Assembly (NCBI GenBank): GCA_024679065.1
Contig: JAGIQG010000016.1
Location: 8,556,001 to 8,620,000 of the forward strand
Length of the DNA stretch: 64,000 bases
Direction of reading: 5' to 3'
Source: Sphyrna mokarran
Taxonomy: Eukaryota
Under the pieces are notes generated by a model. It saw nothing but the letters and a program-made list of their open reading frames with translations. It had not been told where the DNA came from and did no database searches. Each line of letters begins with the position of its first letter. Position 1 is the stretch's first letter. A program made the position numbers and the translations under genes. Shown in pieces: positions 1-10,729 of the stretch.

Positions 1-639
1 AATATAGAAGATGATTTTGCCGGAAGTTATAAGAAACCTTGTGCTTTGCCAAAAGGGTGATGAAGATCATTAATTTAAAATAATTCTCGAAAAACTTGCC
101 CAAGAGATCTAAGGAGATGGATTTCTACAGTTAGCGTTGATATTCTTTGGAATGTAAAGTTTACATGAGTGATGTTATCAGAAAATACTTAGAGGATTCG
201 AGCACAAGCACATAAATGCGATGAATTAGCTGGAACATAATGAAGATTGTGTGATATCAGTTCAGTGCTGTTATGAAGTTACATAGGTATCGGCGAATGC
301 AGGTGCTTCATATTATTTTTATATACATTCGGACTTTGGGGCGTGGCTTCAGAAAGGATATTCAGCATAAGTCCAAAACCCACACATTTGGATGTTTATT
401 CTCTCTCGATTTTATGGTTCTTCTATCAGCTTTGCTTCGTTTCAAGTAATTTCCACCAGCAAAAAAAAACGCATCATACGAGACCTTGGAACTAAACTGA
501 TTGCTGGATGCATGGAGTGGAAACTGGGTAGATTTGAAACTGATCGGCTTTTCAACCTGTGTGGCCCTAATTGTTGAAACACAAGTGACCAGAACCATGG
601 AAAATGCTCAGCAAGTAATGATGTCTATTTCGAGCGTTG

Positions 640-1070
640 CAGGTTTCAAATATCGAGGAATATATGTCTGTTACTATAGTATGTTGATTGGACCACTTTG
701 AACCACTGTGGTTCTCAGAGACCTTGGTCAGATATAATTTTGAGCGTTGAGAACAGTTTTCAGCAACAATTTTTTCGGAACAAAATTAGAATTCTTGGAC
801 CGTTATTGTCTCCATATTTTAATGAGGGTATTGAGGCACTGGAGAGGTGCCAAAATATGCGAAGTGATGATAGCAGAATTTGCGTCTCTGAATACGAAAG
901 AATTGAACTTGCTGGAATTGATTTTCAGGGGGAAGCAGGGACACTGTGAAGTGCTGGAGATTTTTAATACAATGGAGCTGCAAATTGGATTCATAAGGAA
1001 AACTTATTTCCACTTCGTAGGCAGTCCAGAATCAGGGATCAAGATCATAACAGAGTTAGGCGGATGCTTG
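640..1070 (+). mobile_element. Highly degraded CR1-like LINE fragment (approximate bounds)
   Basis: accttggtcaga...gagaacagttt...gaggcactggagaggtgcca echoes the TLVRPHLEYCVQFW...ALERVQ region of the intact CR1 copies in this window. Confidence 0.45.
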
Positions 1071-1084
1071 TGATCTTATTTTAT

Positions 1085-1410
1085 TTTTTTCAGGAGATGT
1101 AGGCGTCGCTTGCAAGGCTAGTATATGTTGTCTGTCCCTAATTGTCCTCGCAATGAATGGCTATCTCGCCAATTATTGAAGTTGGTTCAGAGTGAACTAC
1201 ATTGCTTAATGTGTGTAGACTCATTGGGAAGTTAACTAGGCTAAGAATGGAAACTTTCCGTTCCGGAACACTAATTGTTAATCGGATTTTATGCCGCAAT
1301 ATTTTATAATTTCACTGATACCATAACCGAGAGAAAATTAGTGGTCAAATTAAAATTTAAACAGCAGCAAATGTGGGTTTTGAACGGAGACCCAGCCTCC
1401 CCCTCTACCC
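1085..1410 (-). mobile_element. Old SINE-like repeat (Deu/SacSINE-like; approximate)
   Basis: gatgtaggcgtcgcttgcaaggc...ccctaattgtcct and gggttttgaac...cccag resemble a common elasmobranch SINE, recognised from memory. Confidence 0.4.
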
Positions 1411-1678
1411 CGCCCTCCCTGTAAATCCGACCTGTAAATTTGGTGCCTCGATTTCCAATCCAGTGATGAACCGGTAAAATGAAATGAAACTAAATACTTC
1501 TGTTTGTGCGGAATTATGAAAATGCTTCTTTTTATAACATGATTCTCTTATAATTGAGAGGTTGAGGCCAATTGCATACTTGCAGTCGTCAAATTGAGTG
1601 AAAATAAGAGAGACAGAGAACAGCACAATGGATGAAGGATTGAGTGATTCATAGCAACATGCATAATATGGACTGAAT

Positions 1679-1684
1679 TTTATT
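1679..1684 (-). promoter_or_regulatory. Candidate polyadenylation signal AATAAA
   Basis: tttatt on + (AATAAA on -), 26 nt downstream of the stop codon; AT-rich context, so chance occurrence is possible. Confidence 0.4.
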
Positions 1685-1710
1685 TTTTTTTAATGATTAA
1701 TGTCTCCGAT

Positions 1711-2225
1711 CTAAACTAGGGTTAAGGTGCCATCAGGGCGCGTGGTGACCCAGAGTTTGAAGACAGGGTAAACTTTGCCTGTGAGTTTGGCATTGAAGGT
1801 ATGCACATGGGCTCCGTTCTCTGGGTTGTAGAAGGACACCCGTCCTTCCTTGTTGTCCACGTAGACCCCCAGTTTGCTCAGATGGGCCAGCAAGACTGAA
1901 GTGCCCAGCGATCTTACATTTTCCTTGTTCCCTTCGATGTTCCACATCATCAGGGCCCAGTAACTCTCCTTGGCAAACGGTCTGCTCCATCTGTTCATAG
2001 GTCGGACACTCTGGGAGACTCCGACGCTCCAGACTGTCCCTGGGCTGGCTGACACCTCCCAGTATTGCTTGCCAGGAGGAACACCGTCGCTTGCCCAGAT
2101 TGTCCAACTGTCCGCAAATTTTAGCTTCTTGATTGCTGCTACTGTGTCACTCCAGCCGACGCTTTTCTTGTCTTTGCCAAAGACGAATCGTGGATCAGCA
2201 TTTTCATTATCGAACACAATCGGAA
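1711..2225 (-). CDS. Terminal exon encoding a B30.2 (PRY-SPRY) domain of a butyrophilin-like/TRIM-like gene
   Basis: The ORF has B30.2 hallmarks: VPIVFDNENADPRF (equivalent to VTLDPxTAxPxL), GKQYWEV, WSVGV, YWAL, LGVYVDNKEGRVSFYN, HVHTF, KVYPVF. The acceptor ctctttttgtttaccag precedes 2225 and the exon starts in phase 1. TAG stop at 1711-1713. Length 515 nt = 2 + 171 codons. Confidence 0.93.
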
Positions 2226-3091
2226 CTGGTAAACAAAAAGAGAAGAAAAATGAGCATTGTATTCATGCAATTGTGCACAGTTCACAAAATAAATAATCAA
2301 CCCCTTTAAAGCAGCAGTAACAATGTGCAAAATTTCTTTTGTACTTTAACCTGTCACCTTTTGTTCTTTCCCCTGAATCATTTCTAAATTACAACGCACA
2401 TACTTTATCCATAAAATATCTAATATAACTTTGCAAAATACTTCCAAGTAGTCATGAAAGGAAGTGCAAGGAGATACATATATCTACATTATTGTTGTTT
2501 TAGGAGCTACAAATTGATAAAATTAACATTACATTTTCAAATATATTCGCTGTATTAAATTCAACTATGTTTATATTAGCTGCATGCTTTTTTTTCCAAT
2601 ATAAGGAGCTTCCAATCATTAATAGTAACATCACATGCACAATTAGGAAAATGATGACCCCCCCCACCCCCACCCCTTACAGGACGTAGCTCCATATTCT
2701 CCCGTCTGAGGCTCAAGCTGCAGTATATTTATGACAAAAAGTTGTTTCCTTCTCTGGAGTTTCACCCAGCTGGCTACTTTATCTGATTCCCTGTTCAAAG
2801 AATCTTCGCATCTCTACAAGTGCCTCTCAGAGACCATCAAAAAAATCTCCTTACCTCAGGAGGTTAAAAAAAAAACTACACTTCGCAATTACTTAAAATT
2901 TTCCCTCATCTCATCACGCGTTGCGTTTCCACGAACTGCTGGAGTGACTCATATTATGAATTAGGGGAGGGTAGTCGGTGACAGTCGAGCGATTGGAGAC
3001 ATCTAGAAGGAGATGTGGCTATTCTAAGGAAAGTAAAAGGGGAGGGGGGCGGGGTTGGGGAGACTGTGAAGCAGAATCCGTTATGGCTTAC

Positions 3092-3118
3092 CTTTATGCT
3101 TCGTTAGAACTTTCCATT
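3092..3118 (-). CDS. 27-nt microexon (E)WKVLTKHK, penultimate exon
   Basis: actattactag|AATGGAAAGTTCTAACGAAGCATAAAG|gtaagc; phase 1-1; resembles the 27-nt EWK-type exon that precedes B30.2 in butyrophilins. Confidence 0.88.
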
Positions 3119-3275
3119 CTAGTAATAGTCATGTGGATAGCAGAAAAGAGAGGACAGTGAAACATCCCCAAAATCCATACTTATTACAGCTCTATTTCAT
3201 TAATACTATCTGCCTGTAAGTGGAAATCGCTCTCTCATATTTAGGACTTAAGATCTTGAGCTTAATGGAGTTCAA

Positions 3276-3545
3276 AGAATCCATGCAGTGTAGAAAGAGG
3301 CCATTCGGTCCATCGATCCGCACTGTTCACCATTCCACCCAGGCCCTATTTGTGTAACGCCCCACATTTATCCTGCGAATTTACCTGATACTAAGGATTA
3401 ATTTATCGAGGCCAATCAACCTAACCCGCATACATTAAATGTGGGAGGAAGTCAGAGCACGCAGATACGGGGAAAACGTGCAATCTCTTCGCAGAAGTTA
3501 TCCGAGACGCAGTGAGGTAATAACGCAAAACACTGTGCCACCTTT
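3276..3545 (-). mobile_element. tRNA-derived HE1/V-type SINE
   Basis: Reverse complement of the SINE at 31160-31490 (gaggccattcggtcc...tgtgggaggaa...cactgtgccacc). Confidence 0.7.
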
Positions 3546-3686
3546 CTGAGCTTTCGATTGAAAGGATACAAACTTTGACCAATCCCACACGTGGAAACAC
3601 TGAGGAAACGCTTTATTTTTAGTAAATTATTAAACCGAGGATCTTTTCAACCTGTCATCGCGGATCTGCTAAGCAAGAGTGTAGAA

Positions 3687-3816
3687 CATCCATCAGAATA
3701 TCACTGTTCCCTCAAAAATTCTATAGAAATTTTGACTAAAACCAACGGTCCATCCATCAGAATATCACTGTCCCCCCCAAAAAAATCTATAGAAGTTTTG
3801 ATTAGAACCAACGGTC
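3687..3816. repeat. Tandem duplication of a ~65-bp unit
   Basis: catccatcagaatatcactg...ctatagaa...accaacggtc occurs at 3687-3750 and 3751-3816. Confidence 0.9.
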
Positions 3817-4419
3817 ATCAAACAACGTCCCACAAAACACACACAGTGGGGCACAAATTGTCGGGGCAGAAAAAAATTAAGTAAGCCATTGGTTGACCCA
3901 TTATCAATTAAGCACAATCCACTTGGAGTAATGATCTGGGTCAGGCTTTTAACCGCTTTCATCCAAAAACCTGATGCCATCTTGATTTTACCAGTATCGA
4001 TCTCCACCTCCCATTTCCAAAATCAATACTAATTGAACACCACTTGTTGCGGCGGGTGTGGGGGGGGGGGAGGTGGTGGTGGGGGGGAGAGGTGAGTCGA
4101 GGGGTGTTGGGGGTTTGCTACTGATGGTGTCATGACGAATTCCTCCGCTGCATTAGAACGAAATGGATATTTCCTTCTTTTGTCCCATAAGCTTCTGGAT
4201 CCCAGGCAATAAAAATGGTGGTGACACTTCTATAACTAATGAAACGGAGTTTTTTGTTAATTTAATTTTGCTGATAAATCATGAATTTATATTGAGGATA
4301 CATTTTCACTGGCCTTATAGTCCAGGAACGGTGAATGAAGAAAAGTATCCCTTTGCATTTTATGTGACCATCCTCCATGTATTTACATGGCTAACCAGCA
4401 CACAGTTTTGATACTTTAC

Positions 4420-6110
4420 AGATTGATGAATATGCTGTGTATTTTCAAAATCACTGATAGTGGAGATTTTTTTAAATATTCAGGCATAGAAGTTGCTTTC
4501 ATAATCATGTATATGTGAGATGTTATTATGCAAATGAATCTATGGAAGCTTTTTAACCCACAGTGATTAGTGGTCGATTTTCATATTTATGTCCATTGGA
4601 GATTTTGCACTTGTTGTTTGCTCTGGGAATGTTTGTTCAGTTTGTTAGACATTTATCGTTCATGTAGATTGTTTGAGAGATGTTGGGATGGATATTTTCT
4701 GTGCTGACGAATAGGGGAGATGATTTCTTAATTTATGACAACGGAAATCTTTTCATGGTCATGTATATCTATGCTATATTCACACTGATGGAGATGAGAG
4801 GGGTTTTTGGATGTGACAGATATTTTCTGAACTGAAAGACGAGGAAGATATTTCTCAAACTGATGGTTACCTGAACTATTTTACACAATGGATGGAAGGT
4901 CATTTTTCAAATTATGTCCCATGTTTTCATGATCATACAATCTTCATCATGAAACCTATGGGAAAAATATTCATTCTAAAGGGTATGGGAGATGTTGTTT
5001 AATGATGGGAATAGGTGATAACTTTGTGTCAAAGGATCGGACTGACATTTTGTAATGATATGTATTGGCAGCATTTTAGTGTTGGTTGTAATATGGAATG
5101 ACTTCATACTGCTGGATATGGGCGATTCTTTCATATTGATGGAGCTGGGTGATGCTTTTAATACTGTTGTATATGGCCAAACTTTCACACTGATGGATAT
5201 GGTACATATTTTCAGTCAGATGGATGGATTGCTAGACAAGCAAAATGCTTTCATGATATTGGTCATGGCCGTTGGAAATCCACAATTCTTTGTATTGATG
5301 GGCACTTGAGATGCTTTCATTCTCACATGGGCCACATTTTCATGTTAATATATATGGTAAATTTTATATATTCATGGACATAGACGATATTTCCATACTG
5401 ATGGATATGGGCGATATTTTTTCTTTGATATATATGGACGATATTTACGTGATGGTCTATATGAAGCATATGCTCATACTGATTGGTATGTGGGATGCTT
5501 TCATACTGATGAATTAGGAGATATTTTAATACACCTGGTTATAGTAATGCACATGCAGAATTTCGTCATACTAATTGTCAAAGTATATATATTCATTCCT
5601 GATGTTTATGACCATGTTTTCATGCTGGTAGATGTGGCTGATATTTTCACACATCGATATGGACGAAATTCCCATGCTGACGGATATCACCATTGCTTTC
5701 ACATCAATAAATATACAACATTTTTCAACCTGATGGATATAGGCGACGGGTTCATATTGATTGATACGAACAATACTTCCATGCAAATGTAAGTGGCTGA
5801 ATTGTTAATTCTCAAATATGAGGAATACGATTCGATTTCAATTGATCTGGATAATATTGCCATAAAGACTAAATAGATGAAGTTTTCATACTGTTGGATA
5901 TGGTTGGTGATTTCATTCGTAGGGAATGGGAACAGGTTTTCATCCAAATTAACGTGGTTAATATAATTCTACTGACATGTATGGGACGCATCTTTGTATT
6001 GATGAATGTGGTCAAAGTTTGATGGACATGGGCAATCTTACAACTGATGGGTTGAGAGGGGTTTTCAGACTGATGAATGTGGAGATATTTTAAGCAGGTC
6101 AATAAGCACA
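4420..6110. repeat. Decayed minisatellite, unit about 27 bp (consensus near ATACTGATGGATATGGGCGATATTTTC)
   Basis: Recurring ctgatggatatgg..gatattttca motifs; spurious ORFs show 9-aa periodicity (ILMDMGDIF). Confidence 0.75.
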
Positions 6111-6559
6111 CTTTTCGAGAGAGCCATAATGGCTACACATCGAAAATGCCATCATTTTTTGTCCTACTTCAGGATATTTACTAGGCTTCATGAAACACAT
6201 TTTAGAACTCCACACTCTTCGTCATTCAGCTTGTAGTAGCTGAACACATCAGAAGAGGACAATCCAGATTACAGTTATCAAGTTGTTTTGTTCTAGTTTG
6301 CAACTGAATTAAGTATAATTCAGATGTTAGACTGAAGCCAATAATAATCATAATTTGGCGTTCGGTTTTGAAATTCAAATGTGGACCTTCTGACGATTAT
6401 TAGATATAAATGTAATATTGGAGGGTGTGTTACATGAGGTCTGCTGCGTTGAACAATGACACAAAATGAGGAAACATCTTAAAATGGCAAATTAATGATA
6501 TCCCAACCTGAACAGTATCCTCCACATAACCATGACTGAAAGGCAATAGTACCTTATAC

Positions 6560-6607
6560 CTGTAACCAAACGGAAAATTGTCGCACCTTTGGCAGGATCC
6601 ACGCAAC
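6560..6607 (-). CDS. 48-nt exon (G)CVDPAKGATIFRLVT
   Basis: cccttcttaactccacacag|GTTGCGTG...TTGGTTACAG|gtataa; phase 1-1, no stop. Confidence 0.72.
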
Positions 6608-6689
6608 CTGTGTGGAGTTAAGAAGGGAGTTATTGTTGTGATTGTGATTATAATCATCGGGCTAGATGTTAACATAATAATACTTCAGA

Positions 6690-7570
6690 GGAAATGTTGG
6701 TCATTCGGCCATTCATTTCTGCTACAGCGTTCAATGATAGCTTGGGAGAATTGAAATGAAATTTCCCAGTCCACTTCCCGACTTCGATTCAAGGGACAAA
6801 TCCCTTGACTTCTTTATTGATTACTGCATTTATCTCAGCCCTTAGTTGGCTTACCAGCCCATACACCACAGCCATCTGTGGTAAATATTTCAATAGATTC
6901 AATATTCCTGCGATAATAAAATTCTCATCGTTTCTCTCAACATAGGCGATACTCGACTGAGAATATGTCCCTGGAACATAGACAATACCGCAGCGGAAAC
7001 CAACCTTCCCACATCTAATCTTTCAAGCATCCATGGAAATGCTAATCATCTCAGACAAGTCACCTCCCAATCTTCCATACTCGAGTGAATGGAGAACAAA
7101 CCTACTCAGCACCTTGGAAAATCTATCTGCATCCAAGATCAGCTTCGGGAACTTTGTCGAAACTGCCTTGAATATCAATATATATTTTGTTAGAAAACGG
7201 AAACAAAGCTGTTTGCAGTATTTCAAGCGTGGCGGAGCAGGAACTTGGCGTAGAAATATGACGTCTTCTTGGAATGCGTACTCCATTCCCTTTGACATAA
7301 CGGCAAACATTCTATTTACTTTCATTCAGATTTTTTAAGACTGCCGCTACATTTTTTTTCAGTTTAACGCGCAAGGACCCCCAAAAACATTTGTGTTGCA
7401 TCTTACTGCAGCCTTTTAATCAATTTCGATTATATTTACTTTCTTTGTTCCTGCTGCCACATTTCAAAATTGCACATTTGATACATTATGTAGTTTCTGC
7501 CTACTTTTTGGTGACTCACGTAACCTGTCGACATACACTTTTAAATCCATCTATCAACGTTAACACTTGC
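6690..7570 (-). mobile_element. Old CR1/L2-like LINE 3' fragment (approximate)
   Basis: cattcggcc, cccttgact, ccacagccatctgtggtaaa..ttc, gcagtatttcaag and ccattcccttt motifs match antisense CR1-type 3' regions. Confidence 0.5.
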
Positions 7571-7723
7571 CATCCCATTTTTTTAGAGACCAGAATCTTG
7601 CCAATATATGTACAAATCTTTTCCCGTATCAGAATAGAGTAACCGTGTTTAGAATTCAGCATGATGACCCTAAAAGCATATTTTTATTTTCCTTTGACAG
7701 TTAGTAGATTGGTCAATCTTTTT

Positions 7724-8244
7724 CCTGATATCTAACCAATTGTCATCTCTGCAACAAGATAATCAGTTCTAAGATTTTGTAAAATAAAGCTCAACTACTC
7801 ACTTCTTATTGATCATTTTGAATTTGGAATGGATGGGATGAAGGCTGACCTTTGTCCCTCCACGTGTTATTGGGAGTTGTATGATTACTTCCCCGTCTAT
7901 TCTATGATGGCGTTATCAGTTTCATTTTCAGAAAATTGTGCATTCTTGCACAATTACATAGATTGAGTACTAAACCCTTTGACTGTTGCTGCTACTCAAT
8001 GGTTATTGAATTATCGGATATGAAATCATTCACTGTTTTTTTTAAATCCATAACCCCCTGCAGGAAAAACGTCTTATTCCCGAATAACCTGAGTGGGTGA
8101 GGGTGAATCTAATTTCATTAGTAGGAATAATTTTATCTCAACAAAAAAATCGTTAAGTAGAATTAAATCAAAATACATTGATATATTCATCCATATGGCA
8201 GAGAGCAATTTGGACAAGACATGCCGAGAGATTGTCACATTGTA
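7724..8244 (+). repeat. 521-bp direct repeat, copy 1
   Basis: cctgatatctaaccaattgtc...gagattgtcacattgta is near-identical to 9803-10323, with only scattered differences. Confidence 0.95.
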
Positions 8245-9410
8245 TAATGTATAAATAAAGCTTTTATTGCTTTAACAATAAAAGCAAATATTATTGTTCC
8301 ACCTCAAACAGTAGAATCTAAGATCAAGCACCAGTTTTATTTTATATTTATTAATTATTACAAGCCTTTTGTTTTGCTAAAGCTTCAAAATTAGTGTTTC
8401 GTGTTGGAGCATTTCCTATTTTATAGCGGCCTGTAATTAAGAAGGATTCTACAAAAAAAAAAATGTTTGAGAGAAACTTCTTTTGCTTATTAAAGGTAGA
8501 TAACTTGGGGACGTCGTTAATCAATTCCAAATGATTGTTAAAATAAAACATTGTCATAAATATTGAACGTGGATAGTTTTGTGGCCTCTGATTTCCAATT
8601 GGAATATGTATTGATTAGCGGATGATGGAAGTAACATCGAATGTTACTTTTGTATAATTGACCCAATTCACAGAGTTACTGAGTAACAAAGGGGCAAGTG
8701 GAGAATGGATTTATTGGTCCCGCAGAGATCCAGAGACAACTTGAGGTGTTCAAAGACCTCTTGTGAGAAGAGAGGAATAACTATATTTCATACCCAGAGA
8801 TCAGGTAATGACATATTACTTCGTATTGGGGCGAAGCTTCCCAAACATTAGATGCCCAGAGGAGATTGTAGATGCACATTTGTGTCTTGCAACATCTTAT
8901 ATTGTCTGAACAATTTAATTGTTTATTTATCAACATCAGTTGAAATATAAAATAAGAAACAATAAATGAAGAACAAAAAAGAAAAAAAAGGTATAAAAAG
9001 ATTAATTAATTATCGGTTGCAACATTTTAAAATTCACTTCCCCGATGTTTGACCATGGAGTTATTGTTTCTCTTATGACTGAACAGATTTGCTATAATTC
9101 TTTTAGAATGGATCAATGACAGTGGGATACAATGACAAATTAATAAATTAATTATGATATAAGGCCTAGTACTATTCTGTACACATGTTCGTAATTCTGT
9201 ATAGTAAAATTTTCAAACTCGAAAGTGATTGGTCTTTTATTAGACAACATAAAGTAGAATGTACTTCCATGTGAGACACAGATGGAGTTCAATTAGGAAT
9301 TTTTGAATTTCAATGCCGGAATAGACTTGAGCATTTAAAAGACGGGATCTTCCCTTTTTATAATACAGAAAAAGGGTTTTGAGTGAAAGTTGAAAGCAGA
9401 TCAGTCTTAC

Positions 9411-9446
9411 CTGCATCACTTGCATCTTGAAGCTTACTCTCGAGTT
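9411..9446 (-). CDS. 36-nt microexon (E)LESKLQDASDA
   Basis: tctctacctttcag|AACTCGAGAGTAAGCTTCAAGATGCAAGTGATGCAG|gtaaga; phase 1-1. Confidence 0.85.
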
Positions 9447-9802
9447 CTGAAAGGTAGAGACGTTAATGTTTGTGTTGAGTATTAAACTGCAAGGCTTCCT
9501 CTTGTTCCGACTCAAAGTTTCATGTTCACGAACTTCCGAACTTTATTCCCACTGCATCTATTTTCAGATACAAGGTACAGCGCAACTGCGCAAGTCGGAG
9601 AGCCATAGCAAATTTAGTGCTCAGTGAATCAAGATAAAAGAAAGATAAAGTGATGGAAATACTCAATAACCATGCAAGATTTTCTCATAAATGGAGATTA
9701 GTTATTTGCCCGCAGATTCTGCCAGATCTGCCAAGCATTTGCGGATGAATTGTTTATGTTTATAATTTGAACTGTGCACCGTCTCCATGTCTTATATTCA
9801 CG

Positions 9803-10323
9803 CCTGATATCTAACCAATTGTCATCTCTGCAACAAGATAATCAGCTCTAAGATTTTGTAAAATAAAGCTCAACTACTCACTTCTTATTGATCATTTTGA
9901 ATTTGGAATGGATGGGATGAAGGCTGACCTTTGTCCCTCCACGTGTTATTGGGAGTTGTATGATTACTTCCCCGTCTATTCTATGATGGCGTTATCAGTT
10001 TCATTTTCAGAAAATTGTGCATTCTTGCACAATTACATAGATTAAGTACTAAACCCTTTGACTGTTGCTGCTACTCAATGGTTATTGAATTATCGGATAT
10101 GAAATCATTCACTGTTTTGTTTAAATCCATAACCCCCTGCAGGAAATACGTCTTTTTCCTGAATAACGTGAGTGGGGGAGGGTGAATCTAATTTCATTAG
10201 TAATGAATAATTTTATCTCAACAAAAAATCGTTAAGTAGAATTAAATCAAAATACATTGAAATATTCATCCATATGGCAGAGAGCAATTTGGACAAGACA
10301 TGCCGAGAGATTGTCACATTGTA
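9803..10323 (+). repeat. 521-bp direct repeat, copy 2
   Basis: Near-identical to 7724-8244; offset 2079 bp. Confidence 0.95.
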
Positions 10324-10729
10324 CGCTAAGATTCACCTGAAGCAAAGGGAGTTGGTGACCCCCCAGGTAATGGAAAAGAGCCAAGCAACCAATGCATTCC
10401 GTAACCATTTCCCTGCTAAAAAAAGCACCACTTAGGATACTGTTGAAAGGAATGATCTTGCAGTGGATAGAGTTGAAGACAAATCTGATAACCACGACTG
10501 TTTCTCCTGCAGGGCAGAGGATAAAAAACGTACCAACATGAAACAGTATAAGGAAATCAATTGTAATGAGAATAGACAGGCCACAAAGAAGACTCCATTT
10601 TAGCATGTTGCCCACTTTCTCCACGCAATCCGCCTCACCACCAATTCCATGCCACCCCCCACCCCGCTTCCTTGACCACCCAACCTATGCTCAGGTCATC
10701 GATTTCTCAGATTAGTTACGGGGTATTCT

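Noticed and set aside
1733-2296. Overlapping ORFs 1733-2107 (-) and 1970-2296 (+)
   Set aside because: Shadow frames of the B30.2 exon
5055-6111. Cluster of hydrophobic Met/Asp-rich ORFs
   Set aside because: By-products of the ~27-bp minisatellite; broken by stops, no coherent gene
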